A DNA stretch of 64,000 nt. Source: Myxococcota bacterium (GTDB lineage Bacteria; Myxococcota_A; SURF-8). Numbering within the stretch: position 1 is the stretch's first letter; the number at the start of each line of letters is the position of its first letter. Where the stretch lies: NCBI GenBank assembly GCA_963674735.2, contig CAXXQS010000002.1, positions 1,472,001-1,536,000 on the forward strand, read 5' to 3'. Shown in pieces: positions 9,788 to 20,104 of this stretch. A program made the position numbers and the translations under genes. The notes under the pieces are model-generated. The model worked only from the letters and a program-made list of their open reading frames with translations, ran no database searches and was not told where the DNA came from.

Positions 9788-11689
9788 TTATTGGGCCGGG
9801 GGTTTCGACGATCCGCCGTCTTTGGGCTCGCCGCGCACGATATTGAGGGCGATGGCCAAGGCCTTTTCCGAGCGGGCGCGTTGTTCGGTTTCCTGTTTGA
9901 TTTTGCGATAGGCCTTGATGACCCGTTCCTCGTTGACGCGGTTGGCGGTCGACAGCTCTTTGACTTGCTGCTCCAACTCGGCGATGCGCGCCTCGCTGTC
10001 GCTTTTCAACTGGCTGTGGTCGTCGCGCAGGGCGGCGATCTCCTTTTCCAACTCGGGTGTGCGCTCCGCCGCTTGTTCGAAGGCGGCTTTTTCCTTGCGT
10101 AGCGTTTCCGCTTCCGCCTGAGCGGCGTCCTTCTGTTCTTGCAGGCGGCGCTTCAGATCTTCCTCTTTTTGAGCGACGATTTTTTCGTGCTTTTGGTGCA
10201 GATCCTCGAATTGCGCTTCAAGGTCGTTCAGGCGCGATTCCAGTTCGCTGCTGTGCGACCGAGCGTTTTCCAGGTCGGCCTCGGCGGTTTCGGCGCGCGT
10301 CAGGGCTTCGCGCAGACTTTCTTCCATCTCGCCACGGATGTTCTGCAAATCCCGTTGGGCCGTTTCCAGCGTTTCTTTCTGCTCCACCACCTCGTTTTGC
10401 GCCGTCGCCAGCTCCTGTTGCAGGGCTTCTTCCGCGTCGTGCGTCTGGCGCAATTCGGCTTTAAGGTGTTCGAGTTCGCCGATGAGCGAACTGCGTACGC
10501 CCTCGGTTTCGTCGACCAGCCGCAGCTTGAGCAGGTCGATCTCTTCATCGCGCGCCCGCAGGGCCTTTTCGAGATCATCCAGGTACTGGCGCAGCTTTTC
10601 GGTTTCTTCCGTTACGCGATCGTGCTCGCTTTGCTGTTGGGTCAGTGTCGCCTTCAGGCCTTCCAGCTCATTGCGCAACTGGTTGCGTTCATCGATGACG
10701 CCCTGCACCTCGCTGAGTACTTCCTGCACCTGAGCCTCGGCGCTTTGGGATTGTTCGCTTTCTTCTTCGTCATCGACCATCAGGGCCGTTTCGACCAGGG
10801 CGCCGAGACCTTCCGTGTCTTCTTTCGTTTCAAGAACGACGTCCGGTTGTTCGCTGAGTGAGTCGTCGTCCGCCCATTCCGTTTCGAGCGTTTCCTCCGC
10901 CGCAGTCTCCCATTCCGGGAGCGCCTCCGGGTCGTCCACGGGCTGATCGATTTCGGGTTCTTCGCCCGCTTCCATCAGGTCGTCCAACTCGTGGTTGTCC
11001 CATTCGGCGGTTTCTTCCAGTGCCTCATCGAGATCGGCCTCGGGTGACATCTCCGCCGCGACTTCATCCGAATCCGCAGCGGCGGGTTCGGGCATCACCG
11101 GCGTGTCCTCATCGGGGATGGGCGGCATGTCGTCGGGCATCGGCGGGGGCGCGACGGTTTCGCTCTCGTCGCCCAGCAGCCGATCCAGTTCCGCCAGATC
11201 GACATCCGTATCCGGATCGCTGGTCGGGCTGGTTTCGGAGGGAACCGCATCCAACAGAGTGTCCAGTTCTCCCAGCACGTCGTCTTCGCTGGCGGCCGTC
11301 TCAACGGTCAGATCCACGTCGAGGGCGTCTTTGACCTGTTTGACGAATTGCTCGGAAGAGACGGGTTTGTGAAGATACAAGTCGGCATGCAGGCGTAACT
11401 TGCGGTGATCGGCAAAGGTTTTTTCGGGAACTTCGTTACCCGTGATAACGAAGCGCGTCGCAGCCAGACTCTTGTCTTTTTTGATTTTCTTGAAAACCTT
11501 GAAGCCGTTTCCATCGGGCAGATCGACATCGATGACCACCAGATCGGGGCGGATGGCGCTGGCTTGGGCCTGGCCTTCACGCGCCCCGGATGCCAGACTG
11601 ATGCGATGGTCACCCGCTCCAATGCGAGCAACCAGCGATTCGGTGAAGTCCCGATCGGAATCAATCAACAGTACGCTCAGTTCGCCCAT
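9788..11689 (-). CDS. Response regulator: receiver domain, acidic/Pro-rich linker, long coiled coil
   Basis: N-terminal REC (VLLIDSD...PDLVVIDVDLPDGNG...YLHKP), about 200-aa D/E-rich linker, heptad-rich C-terminal half. Confidence 0.8.
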   Translation of the reverse strand: MGELSVLLIDSDRDFTESLVARIGAGDHRISLASGAREGQAQASAIRPDLVVIDVDLPDGNGFKVFKKIKKDKSLAATRFVITGNEVPEKTFADHRKLRLHADLYLHKPVSSEQFVKQVKDALDVDLTVETAASEDDVLGELDTLLDAVPSETSPTSDPDTDVDLAELDRLLGDESETVAPPPMPDDMPPIPDEDTPVMPEPAAADSDEVAAEMSPEADLDEALEETAEWDNHELDDLMEAGEEPEIDQPVDDPEALPEWETAAEETLETEWADDDSLSEQPDVVLETKEDTEGLGALVETALMVDDEEESEQSQSAEAQVQEVLSEVQGVIDERNQLRNELEGLKATLTQQQSEHDRVTEETEKLRQYLDDLEKALRARDEEIDLLKLRLVDETEGVRSSLIGELEHLKAELRQTHDAEEALQQELATAQNEVVEQKETLETAQRDLQNIRGEMEESLREALTRAETAEADLENARSHSSELESRLNDLEAQFEDLHQKHEKIVAQKEEDLKRRLQEQKDAAQAEAETLRKEKAAFEQAAERTPELEKEIAALRDDHSQLKSDSEARIAELEQQVKELSTANRVNEERVIKAYRKIKQETEQRARSEKALAIALNIVRGEPKDGGSSKPPAQ

Positions 11690-11730
11690 GTTGCACTCTC
11701 TTCGGCAAAAAGCGCCGGATTAGGTGGGTC

Positions 11731-12210
11731 CTAGTCTTCTTTTCCGCGCAGTTTGGCGATGGTCTTTCGAATGTCTTTGAGGCTGCTCAGGCCTTGTTTG
11801 GCCAGAAACGCCATGACGGACGGTCCGCCGAGGGCCAGGATGCCGAAAACGCCCATGCGGGTCAAGCCGATGAAGCCGGTATTCAGCTTCACTTCAAGGG
11901 TTTCGTCGGGATTCTTGCTGACCATGATCTTGAAGAATTCGATTCCATATTCCCCGATATCGTTCGACTCGAATTTATGCAGCCGCGCAATGGCCGCCGG
12001 GCTGATGGTGAAACGGATTTGAGGCGAGGAGGGGGCTTCCCCTTCATGGACTCGGGTCTGTTTTTTCTGATGCGTGACGTGGTACGAGTTTGGATCGTCC
12101 ACGATCGTGATATCGATGATGGCCGAGTCTTTCAAGGGCTTGGCCGCCCGCTGCGAAACGTCGCGATTCTCCAGAAAATCACGTAAAAGATCGAAATCTT
12201 CCCGACTCAC
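11731..12210 (-). CDS. Hypothetical protein, SCP2/sterol-carrier-like fold possible
   Basis: 159-aa ORF with GTG start and GGAGG RBS; fold guess from the beta/alpha pattern only. Confidence 0.55.
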   Translation of the reverse strand: MSREDFDLLRDFLENRDVSQRAAKPLKDSAIIDITIVDDPNSYHVTHQKKQTRVHEGEAPSSPQIRFTISPAAIARLHKFESNDIGEYGIEFFKIMVSKNPDETLEVKLNTGFIGLTRMGVFGILALGGPSVMAFLAKQGLSSLKDIRKTIAKLRGKED

Positions 12211-12452
12211 CGAGACCTCCTCTGCGCCGTTTACCAGTCAACGACACACTTCTGTTGCGAAACATCCATTCTTGTCAGGTTCCGCAAAAAATGTAGCACA
12301 TTCAGTGCATTTCCGCAAAAAAAACCGGTGTTTGAGAGACTGGGTACAAGTCGCCGGAATGGCGTCGAGGTGCCTGCGATTACGCGGGTTTTCAAGGGCC
12401 CTACGCGAGAGTCAAAAAGACAAAGACCGGGGATATTCAAAGGCTTACCCGG

Positions 12453-12498
12453 TTTTTCACATTTATGTGGATAAACTGTGGATAACACCTGTGGATAA
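12453..12498. promoter_or_regulatory. Cluster of DnaA boxes
   Basis: Three perfect TGTGGATAA (12466-74, 12477-85, 12490-98) plus an opposed degenerate TTTTTCACA (12453-61), inside a ~600-bp lower-GC intergenic region. Confidence 0.8.
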
Positions 12499-12845
12499 CC
12501 AGGGAAAAACCAACGGAATCAAGTGGATCGGTCTATTTGGTCAGAAATTGGGCATGATCGATAACCTCAATTATTTCAATGGTTTGAATCATGGTTAGGA
12601 TTTTGTTACATACGATACGCGGGTGAGCGGATAAAATCTGAGAGCGAATTTGCGTAATTCACAAACGTTATAAAAACAGCGAAATCCGTAATCGGTGATT
12701 GGCGCGATTGGCGGATCGGCCGCTCATGGGAACGGGTGTAACTCGGTGAAAACGTTTGACGTCACCGTGCATCGGCGGTAAGTTAAGCCTCAATGCCGAA
12801 CATGGGCCGGGAGCTCTGCGTATTACCGGAAGGCAAGGAAAACAC

Positions 12846-14070
12846 GATGATGCCGATATTGGAATGCTGGCGCAAGTGCCTGGCGGGTCTGCTGGTGGTG
12901 TCGCTTGTGATGGGAACGCCGCTGGTTTTGATGGCGGCCCCCTCCGATTCTGCGGCGGCCGGCTGGCAAATCGCGGCCGGGCGCTCGAAAAAAGCCCCGT
13001 CACGTCGCGGAAAAGCGGCGAAACCGGCTTCGGACTCCACCGAACAACTTCTGATGGATGATGATCGCGACCTCTTGGGCGAGGCGCCCGCCGAGGATCC
13101 CGAGCCGGTCGACGCGCCGACCCCCGAACCTTTGCCCGATCCGGAAGCGGACGAGGCGCTACGCACCGTGCTGCTCGATATCGGCGTGGTGGATGCCGAA
13201 GACGGCGATGCGCAACGGGCCTATCGGGCCGTTCTGAAAACCCTGGCTAGCGCGGAAGATCTCGGCGAGGTGGTGGGGCGGGACGTCCTCGGTTTCGGCG
13301 GGATGTACCGCCATGTCGTCAATTCCTGCCGTGGCATGGAAAACACACCCTGCCTGGCCAATTTCGCCAAAAGCGTCGAGGCGCGTTATGCCGTGTTCGG
13401 CCAATTGCGCGACCTGGACGATGTCTTTCTGCTGGAACTGGCGCTGATGGATGTTCGTCGCGGGCGTATGCTGGAGACGGCCAAGGCGCAGATCGCCAAA
13501 CCCGGAACGACTCTGGCCAAACAGGCCGCCGAGGCGGCTTGCCGGTTGACGCGAAACTACGGATGCAGCAAGGACGCCATGGGGGCGGTCGCGGTCGCGC
13601 CGGTTGCGGCTCCCGTCACCTTGCAGACAAATACCCCGCAAGGGATGGCAAAACCGCAGGAAAGCTATTTCAGCACCCAATCGGAAACACCCGAGAAAGC
13701 CATGCAGGTGGAGCGCAGCGGCGGCCCGTCGAGTATGGCGATCGGCGGGTGGGTGATGGTGGGGCTGGCCGCCGGAGCGGCAGTGGGCGGAGCCGTCACG
13801 ACCGCCTTGATGTTCAAGGAATACGATACCTACGACAACGCCCAGCCGGGCGAAGGCCAGAAGGCGCGTGACGCGAAAGACGCCGCTCAGTTGTACCAGT
13901 GGACCTCCCTCGGGCTTTATATCGGCGCGGGCGCACTGGCGGCGGGCGGGATTACCCTGTTGGTTCTCGACGCGATGGCCCCGGCCGATGGCTCCGGGGG
14001 CGGCGACTGGCAAATTGTCCCTTCGATGTCTCCGTCCGGTCCGGGCATGAATGTGATGGGCCGGTTCTGA
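12846..14070 (+). CDS. Exported myxobacterial-type protein with C-terminal hydrophobic hairpin and GxF terminus
   Basis: Signal peptide, 'CRGMENTPCLANFAKSVEARYAVFGQL' domain, two Gly/Ala-rich hydrophobic helices, ends GPGMNVMGRF. Stop overlaps the next start. Confidence 0.65.
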
Positions 14071-16496
14071 TGAGGACGAGGAGCACGAGCATGTGGAAAC
14101 GGATCGGAATCCGCCGGGCCGGGCTGGTTTTGGGTGTATTCGCCCTGATCGCGATGCTGGCGGGCTGCTTGAAATTCGATAACCCGGTGGAGCTGGAAAC
14201 GGATGGCGATACGGCCGTGGGGGGTCGGGTGACCGTCCAGGTGACCGGCATCGATTCGGGTGCGAGCGTTCTGGTGCTGACGCTCGAATGGTCGGAACCG
14301 GGCGCGGTGGGCGATATTCAGTTGCAGAAAACCATTCCGCTCGACGGCCGTTTCAACGAACTCACCTTCACCTTCGACGGCATGGGATCGGGGTCGGGGC
14401 GGGTTTTGGCCGGAACCTACGTCGGCACCCTGCTTTGGCAGGACGAAACCCCCAGCGCCAACGTCAGCTTGCAGGGCGAGGAAGAGCAGACGGTGAGTAT
14501 TTCGCTGGGCGCGCCGGATGGCGATCTCGACCTCGATGGCGAATTCAACTATGAAGGCCCGGAAGAACCGGATGGCGATACGGATGGCGACACCGCCGAC
14601 GGCGATGTGGAATCCGACGGCGATGCGGATGACGAGCCCGACGGCGATCCGGATGTCGAAGGCGGCTGGCAACCGGCGGATACGCTTTACGTGCCGTATA
14701 CGCCGACCTCCATCGCCTTGGACGGGACGGTGAATACCGGGGATGAATGGGCGCTTGCCGAAAGCAAGACGATCCAAACCGGCGCCGCCTCTCCCACGCG
14801 GGTCTATGCCGTGCATACCCTGGACCACGTGCTGTTCGGCCTGACCGTCCCGAGCGTGTTTTCCAATGCGGAAGAGGAAGATCGGATCGGCTTGGCTTTC
14901 GACCCGGACCCCGGACGGGATGGGGATGAATTCGTTCTTTTGTATACGCGCATCCGTTTCCTGTTTACCTGCGAGGCCATCAACAAGCCGACCTGCAACG
15001 AGCTGGCCGCCGGTGCGCCGTCCTGGCAGGCCCAGCAGCGGGAGATCGAGGGGGGCTGGGAAGCGGAGATCCGTATTTCCTATGACAGCCTGGGCATCAT
15101 TCCCGGCAGTCCGCAGGCTCTCAAATTCTCGGTGTTCATCATCGATAACGAGCAGACCTTCGCCTGGCCCGACAACACCAGCCAGCGTTGGTTGCCCGAT
15201 ACCTGGGGCGAGCTGGACAGCCTGGATTATTGGAATTTCCGCCTGTACCCCGATGGCGACGTGGATGATGAAGCCGAACTCGACGCCGATGACGAAGCGG
15301 AAGGCACGATCGATGGCGACCTGGAACTCGATTCGGCTGAAATGGACGACGATTTCATCGATGCAGCCGAGGCCGAGCTAGAGCCGGAGATCGAGGACGA
15401 AGCCGAAGTGGAAGCCGAAGCCGAAGTCGAGGCTGAGCAATTGTTCTGTCTGGTCGATAGGGCCTATTGCGAACAGCGCGGCGATACCTGGTATGAATTG
15501 ATCTGCAATGGCGACGGCAGCGCCTACTCGGAAGAAAATCCCTGTAACGACGGGGTTTACTGCACGACCGATTTCTGCACGGATGGTTTCGGCTGCGACA
15601 CGATCTACAACTCGCTTTCCTGCAACGACGGTAGCGCCTGCACCGAAAACGATCGTTGCCAGATGGGCAGCTGTCGCGGCGAACACATTTCCTGCGATGA
15701 CGGTGAACCGTGCACCATCGATGAAGAAATCGACTTGCCGGGGCAATGCTGTCGCTACGTGGATGAAACCGACGATACCGAGTGCGACGACGGATTGACC
15801 TGTACGGCGGATACGACCTGCCAGAGCGGGGAGTGCACCGGAACGGAGCTCCCCAACTGCTGCGAGGGCTATCCCGACATGGCGTTGGTTACGGGTGGTT
15901 GGTGCATCGATCGCTATGAAGCGGTGGTGGGCGACCTCGCCTACGTCGACAGCGGCGACTGCGGCGCGTCGGGAGGCACCCGCTACGGCGATGGGACGGA
16001 CGATTATCCCGCCTCGCGCTTCCCCGATCTGGATACCCTGACCAACCAACCCGCCGATAGCGCCCAGCAGCTTTTCGCCTGCAATACGGACGGACGGATG
16101 CCGTCGGTCTTTTTGACCGCACCCCAGGCGGAAGCGGCCTGCGCCAATGCGGGTAAGCGCCTGTGTTCACAGGTGGAATGGCGTGATAGTTGCGGGGGCA
16201 GCGAAAACCAGAACTATCCTTACGGCAATGTTTACGAGCTTGCCACCTGCAATGGCGCCGATTACAGTCCCGACGGCACCCTGGTGGGCGGATCGCTGTC
16301 GAGCTGCGAGCGGGGCGGCGTGTATGATCTCTCGGGCAATGTCGGCGAGTGGATCGGCGGCAACCAGGAATGCGGCGGATCGTGGGGAACGGTGGAAAGC
16401 GGATTGATGTGCACGGCTTGTCTGGCGCGCGATGCGGCGACTTCGACCGTGCTGCGCGGATTCCGCTGCTGCGCCTCTCCGGTGACGCCGGATTAG
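14070..16496 (+). CDS. Lipoprotein: DGD linkers, CBM9/DOMON-like domain, Cys repeats, C-terminal FGE-sulfatase (SUMF1) domain
   Basis: Lipobox MLAG-C, 'IALDG...WEAEIRI', CNDGxxCTxDxC repeats, 'CIDRYE...[10 protein letters not shown]...YPYG...[10 protein letters not shown]...GFRCC'. Confidence 0.8.
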   Translation: MRTRSTSMWKRIGIRRAGLVLGVFALIAMLAGCLKFDNPVELETDGDTAVGGRVTVQVTGIDSGASVLVLTLEWSEPGAVGDIQLQKTIPLDGRFNELTFTFDGMGSGSGRVLAGTYVGTLLWQDETPSANVSLQGEEEQTVSISLGAPDGDLDLDGEFNYEGPEEPDGDTDGDTADGDVESDGDADDEPDGDPDVEGGWQPADTLYVPYTPTSIALDGTVNTGDEWALAESKTIQTGAASPTRVYAVHTLDHVLFGLTVPSVFSNAEEEDRIGLAFDPDPGRDGDEFVLLYTRIRFLFTCEAINKPTCNELAAGAPSWQAQQREIEGGWEAEIRISYDSLGIIPGSPQALKFSVFIIDNEQTFAWPDNTSQRWLPDTWGELDSLDYWNFRLYPDGDVDDEAELDADDEAEGTIDGDLELDSAEMDDDFIDAAEAELEPEIEDEAEVEAEAEVEAEQLFCLVDRAYCEQRGDTWYELICNGDGSAYSEENPCNDGVYCTTDFCTDGFGCDTIYNSLSCNDGSACTENDRCQMGSCRGEHISCDDGEPCTIDEEIDLPGQCCRYVDETDDTECDDGLTCTADTTCQSGECTGTELPNCCEGYPDMALVTGGWCIDRYEAVVGDLAYVDSGDCGASGGTRYGDGTDDYPASRFPDLDTLTNQPADSAQQLFACNTDGRMPSVFLTAPQAEAACANAGKRLCSQVEWRDSCGGSENQNYPYGNVYELATCNGADYSPDGTLVGGSLSSCERGGVYDLSGNVGEWIGGNQECGGSWGTVESGLMCTACLARDAATSTVLRGFRCCASPVTPD

Positions 16497-16510
16497 TCCG
16501 GGAGGTTTCT

Positions 16511-16963
16511 ATGCGGGTGGTGGTCCAGCGGGTCACGGAAGCGCGGGTGCGTGTGGAAGGCGACGTTATCGGCGAGATCGGTCTCGGCTTGCTGTTGCTT
16601 ATCTCCGCCGGAGAAGGCGATACCCTGGCCGATGTGGACTGGATCGTCAACAAAATCCTGAATTTACGCGTGTTTCCGGATGAGCAGGACCGCATGAACC
16701 GCTCGCTTCTGGACGTCGGTGGCGAGCTGCTGGCGGTGAGCCAGTTCACCTTGCACGGCGACTGCCGCAAGGGGCACCGGCCCAGCTTCGTCAAGGCGCT
16801 GGTCCCCGATGCAGCCCGCAACTTGTTCGATGCCGCAGTCGAGCGGCTGCGAAACGGCGGGATGGTGCGGGTCGCCACGGGACGTTTCGGGGCTTCGATG
16901 GCGGTGGAACTGGTGAACGATGGACCGGTGACGCTCCTGCTAGACTCGAAAAAAGCTTTCTAA
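16511..16963 (+). CDS. dtd: D-aminoacyl-tRNA deacylase
   Basis: [20 protein letters not shown]; GGAGG RBS. Confidence 0.97.
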   Translation: MRVVVQRVTEARVRVEGDVIGEIGLGLLLLISAGEGDTLADVDWIVNKILNLRVFPDEQDRMNRSLLDVGGELLAVSQFTLHGDCRKGHRPSFVKALVPDAARNLFDAAVERLRNGGMVRVATGRFGASMAVELVNDGPVTLLLDSKKAF

Positions 16964-17024
16964 ATCCGGCAGTATTCCTGAATATTCACGGCCTTTTTAG
17001 GGCGGCGTGCGGGAATAAAAAATA

Positions 17025-17053
17025 TTGCCAAAGGTTTATAAACCTGTTATGGT
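17025..17053 (+). promoter_or_regulatory. Sigma70-like promoter with a palindrome in its spacer
   Basis: TTGCCA-17 nt-TATGGT with TG extension; perfect palindrome AGGTTTATAAACCT at 17032-17045. Confidence 0.55.
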
Positions 17054-17141
17054 CCTCCCCTCTTTATATGGACGAAGGACGGGAATACCTAAACGGTAAC
17101 CGATCGATTTTGAGTCGAACAAACCAAGTGGAGGTAATGGG

Positions 17142-19106
17142 ATGAGCAAAGGATCAAGTACCCTGAATTACCTGCTTATCGCTCTCCTGATGTTTGCCCT
17201 GGGTTTCTACATGGGCGGCGCGGGCTGTGGTGGGCAGCAGGACGATCAGGCCGGAGCTGATAAGCAGCCGAAAAAAATGGAGAAAGTTAAGCCTTTCGAG
17301 AAGAAGGCGGCTAAAGCCCAAGAAGACCGCTACAAGGTCCCGGTGGGCGATTCTTACTGGAAGGGTACGGAAAACGCTCCGATCACCATCCTGGAATTCT
17401 CCGAATTCCAATGCCCCTTCTGCAGCCGTATCAACCCGACCATCAAGCAGATCCTCGATACCTACAAAGGCGACGTGAAGGTGGTGTTCAAACACAACCC
17501 GCTGCCGTTCCACAAAGATGCCATGCTGGCTTCCGAAGCGGCGCTGGCCGCCGGTGCGCAGGGCAAATTCTGGGACATGCATGACAAGCTGTTCGAAAAC
17601 CAGAAAAAACTGACCCGCGACAACCTGGAAAAATTCGCCCAGGAATTCGGCCTCGACATGGCCAAATTCAAGAAAGCCCTGGACGACGGAACGTACAAAA
17701 AACAAATCCAGGAAGACATGAAAGTCGCCCAGACTTTCGCGGCTCGCGGCACCCCGCACCTGTTCGTCAACGGTATCCGCGTGCGCGGCGCGCAGCCTTT
17801 CGACAAGTTCAAGGCCATCATCGATGCCGAACTGCCCAAGGGCAAAGAGCTTCAGAAAAACGGCGCCAAAGACATTTACGCCGAGATCACCAAGAACGCC
17901 AAGACCAAAGGCGATGCGCCCAAGCCGCGTGAAACCAAAGAAGACAAATCGATCTACAAAGTGTCCACCGGCGGCAAGCTGACCCCCGTCAAGGGTGCCA
18001 AGGACGACGCGCTGATCACTATCATGGAATTCTCCGAATTCCAATGCCCCTTCTGCAGCCGCGTGGAACCGACCGTCACCAAGATCATGGAAGAGTACAA
18101 AGGCAAAGTGCGCGTGTTCTTCCGTCACAACCCGCTGCCTTTCCACAAGGACGCCATGCCGGCCTCCAAAGCGGCCATCGCCGCCGGGATGCAGGGCAAG
18201 TTCTGGGAAATGCACAAGATTCTGTTCGCCAACCAGAAAAAGCTCAAAGAAGAGAACTTGCTTGATTATGCCAAGCAGATCGGCTTGAACGTCGATAAGT
18301 TCAAAAAAGACATGGCCCTGCCTGAAGTCGAAGCGCAGATCAAAGCCGATCAGGCCGAAGCGGCCAAGTTCGGTGCGCGCGGCACCCCGGGCTTCTTCGT
18401 CAACGGACGCAAAATCGTCGGCGCGCAGCCTTTCGCCAACTTCAAAAAGCTGATCGACGAGCTGCTGCCCGTCGCCGAAAAAGCCGGCAAGAAGGGCGAC
18501 GCCCTGTACGCCGAGTTGACCAAAAACGGCAAAGACAAGGCCGTCGCGCCCAAGCGTCCCGACAAGCCCAAAGAAGATCCCAACAAGGTCTACGACGTCA
18601 AGGCCGGAAATTCGTATTTCAAGGGCGGCAAAAACGCCAAAGTCGAAATCCTTGAATTCTCCGAATTCCAATGCCCCTTCTGCAGCCGTGTCAACCCGAC
18701 CATCAAGCAGATCCTCGACACCTATGGCGACAAGGTGAAGGTGGTCTTCAAGCACAACCCGCTGCCCTTCCACAAGGACGCGCCCTTGGCCTCTGAAGCG
18801 GCTTTGGCGGCCGGTGAGCAGGGTAAGTTCTGGGAAATGCATGACAAGATGTTTGCGAACCAGCGCGCCCTGAAACGCGAAAACCTGGAAAAATTCGCCC
18901 AGGAACTGGGTCTGGACATGGGCAAATTCAAGAAAGCCCTGGATTCCGGCGCGTATAAGAGCATGATCGAAGAAGACAAGAAAATGGCCGCCAAAAACGG
19001 CGCGCGTGGAACCCCCACCTTCTTCGTCAATGGCCGCAAAATCGTGGGCGCGCAGCCCTTCGATAACTTCAAGAAGATGATCGACGAGGAATTGAAGAAG
19101 AAATAA
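17142..19106 (+). CDS. Exported protein with three tandem DsbA (thioredoxin_4) domains
   Basis: Three copies of EFSEFQCPFC...HNPLPFHKDA...QGKFW...GTP...GAQPF; strongly biased codon usage; N-terminal signal/TM. Confidence 0.92.
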   Translation: MSKGSSTLNYLLIALLMFALGFYMGGAGCGGQQDDQAGADKQPKKMEKVKPFEKKAAKAQEDRYKVPVGDSYWKGTENAPITILEFSEFQCPFCSRINPTIKQILDTYKGDVKVVFKHNPLPFHKDAMLASEAALAAGAQGKFWDMHDKLFENQKKLTRDNLEKFAQEFGLDMAKFKKALDDGTYKKQIQEDMKVAQTFAARGTPHLFVNGIRVRGAQPFDKFKAIIDAELPKGKELQKNGAKDIYAEITKNAKTKGDAPKPRETKEDKSIYKVSTGGKLTPVKGAKDDALITIMEFSEFQCPFCSRVEPTVTKIMEEYKGKVRVFFRHNPLPFHKDAMPASKAAIAAGMQGKFWEMHKILFANQKKLKEENLLDYAKQIGLNVDKFKKDMALPEVEAQIKADQAEAAKFGARGTPGFFVNGRKIVGAQPFANFKKLIDELLPVAEKAGKKGDALYAELTKNGKDKAVAPKRPDKPKEDPNKVYDVKAGNSYFKGGKNAKVEILEFSEFQCPFCSRVNPTIKQILDTYGDKVKVVFKHNPLPFHKDAPLASEAALAAGEQGKFWEMHDKMFANQRALKRENLEKFAQELGLDMGKFKKALDSGAYKSMIEEDKKMAAKNGARGTPTFFVNGRKIVGAQPFDNFKKMIDEELKKK

Positions 19107-19130
19107 CGCGTTCTCGTTCGGTTCGAATGC

Positions 19131-19166
19131 AAACGCCCCCGCCGCGTGTGGGGGCGTTTTTCTTTT
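19131..19166 (+). terminator. Intrinsic terminator
   Basis: aaacgccccc...ggggcgtttt hairpin with a T-tract after the dsbA-like stop. Confidence 0.8.
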
Positions 19167-19315
19167 CCGCCGAGCGTGCGCGGGAGATGCCGGATCCGTT
19201 TTCCGTCTGTTGGGTGCCGAAGAGCGGTTGCGAGTCGGCCGACGTTCGGGGCGCGGCCTGTAACAGCTTGATTTTAGAACACTCTTGCAAAGATAGTCTT
19301 TGTGAGGAAAAAAAC

Positions 19316-19344
19316 TTGACAACCTAACAAGGCACCCCTAATAT
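19316..19344 (+). promoter_or_regulatory. Sigma70 promoter of rplU-rpmA
   Basis: TTGACA-17 nt-TAATAT about 40 nt upstream of rplU. Confidence 0.65.
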
Positions 19345-19383
19345 ATAGCGCCCTTGAGAGGAATGCACTAGCGAGGTAGAGTC

Positions 19384-19695
19384 ATGTACGCGGTTATCAA
19401 GACGGGTGGCAAGCAATATAAGATCAGCGAAGGCGAGACGGTTCGCGTCGAGAAACTTCCGGGCGAAGCCGGAGACGACGTGACCTTGGATAGCGTGCTG
19501 ATGGTCAGCGGTGACGAAGGTGTGACAATCGGGCGTCCTTTTGTCGAGAGCGCCAGCGTGACGGCCAAGATCGTGGCGCAAGCCCGTCATCCCAAGATCC
19601 GGGTTTTGCATTGGAAACGCCGCAAGGGTTACAAGAAGTTGAGCGGTCATCGACAGCCCTACACCGAGCTGAAGATCACCGGGATCAACTCGTAA
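19384..19695 (+). CDS. rplU: 50S ribosomal protein L21
   Basis: MYAVIKTGGKQYK...GHRQPYTELKI. Confidence 0.98.
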   Translation: MYAVIKTGGKQYKISEGETVRVEKLPGEAGDDVTLDSVLMVSGDEGVTIGRPFVESASVTAKIVAQARHPKIRVLHWKRRKGYKKLSGHRQPYTELKITGINS

Positions 19696-19710
19696 GTAAA
19701 GGAGACGATT

Positions 19711-19986
19711 ATGGCGCATAAGAAATCCGGCGGTAGCGCGAAGAACGGACGGGATTCCAAGGGTCAGCGGCGCGGCATCAAGCGCTACGATGGCCAATTC
19801 GTAACCGGCGGCAACATTTTGGTTCGCCAGCTTGGAACGAAAATTCATCCCGGTCGTAACGTGGGGCTGGGTAAAGATTACACGATCTATTCCAAGATCG
19901 AGGGCTATGTGAAGTTCGAGAACTTTGGAGCGGGTAAAAAACGCGTGTCCGTCTATGCCGAGAATCCGGTAACGGCGGCCGAGTAA
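19711..19986 (+). CDS. rpmA: 50S ribosomal protein L27
   Basis: [16 protein letters not shown]...[15 protein letters not shown]. Confidence 0.98.
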   Translation: MAHKKSGGSAKNGRDSKGQRRGIKRYDGQFVTGGNILVRQLGTKIHPGRNVGLGKDYTIYSKIEGYVKFENFGAGKKRVSVYAENPVTAAE

Positions 19987-20016
19987 CCCACCTGGCCCAA
20001 AGCAAATTTGTATTCG

Positions 20017-20049
20017 AGCGGCGGTCTTGCACAGAGATCGCCGCTTTTG
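20017..20049 (+). terminator. Intrinsic terminator after rpmA
   Basis: agcggcggtct...agatcgccgct followed by a T-run. Confidence 0.75.
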
Positions 20050-20104
20050 TCTGTTCGGAAGCGATGGGCGGCGGCCTCTCTTTTGGATGCCGGTCTCACG
20101 ACGG

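Noticed and set aside
16300-16496. Possible diversity-generating retroelement target (FGE C-terminus; also DUF1566 at 58.4 kb)
   Set aside because: No template-repeat copy and no reverse transcriptase found in the window.
17390-18700. Repeated ~35-bp DNA blocks that could suggest an array
   Set aside because: They are the coding repeats of the three DsbA domains.
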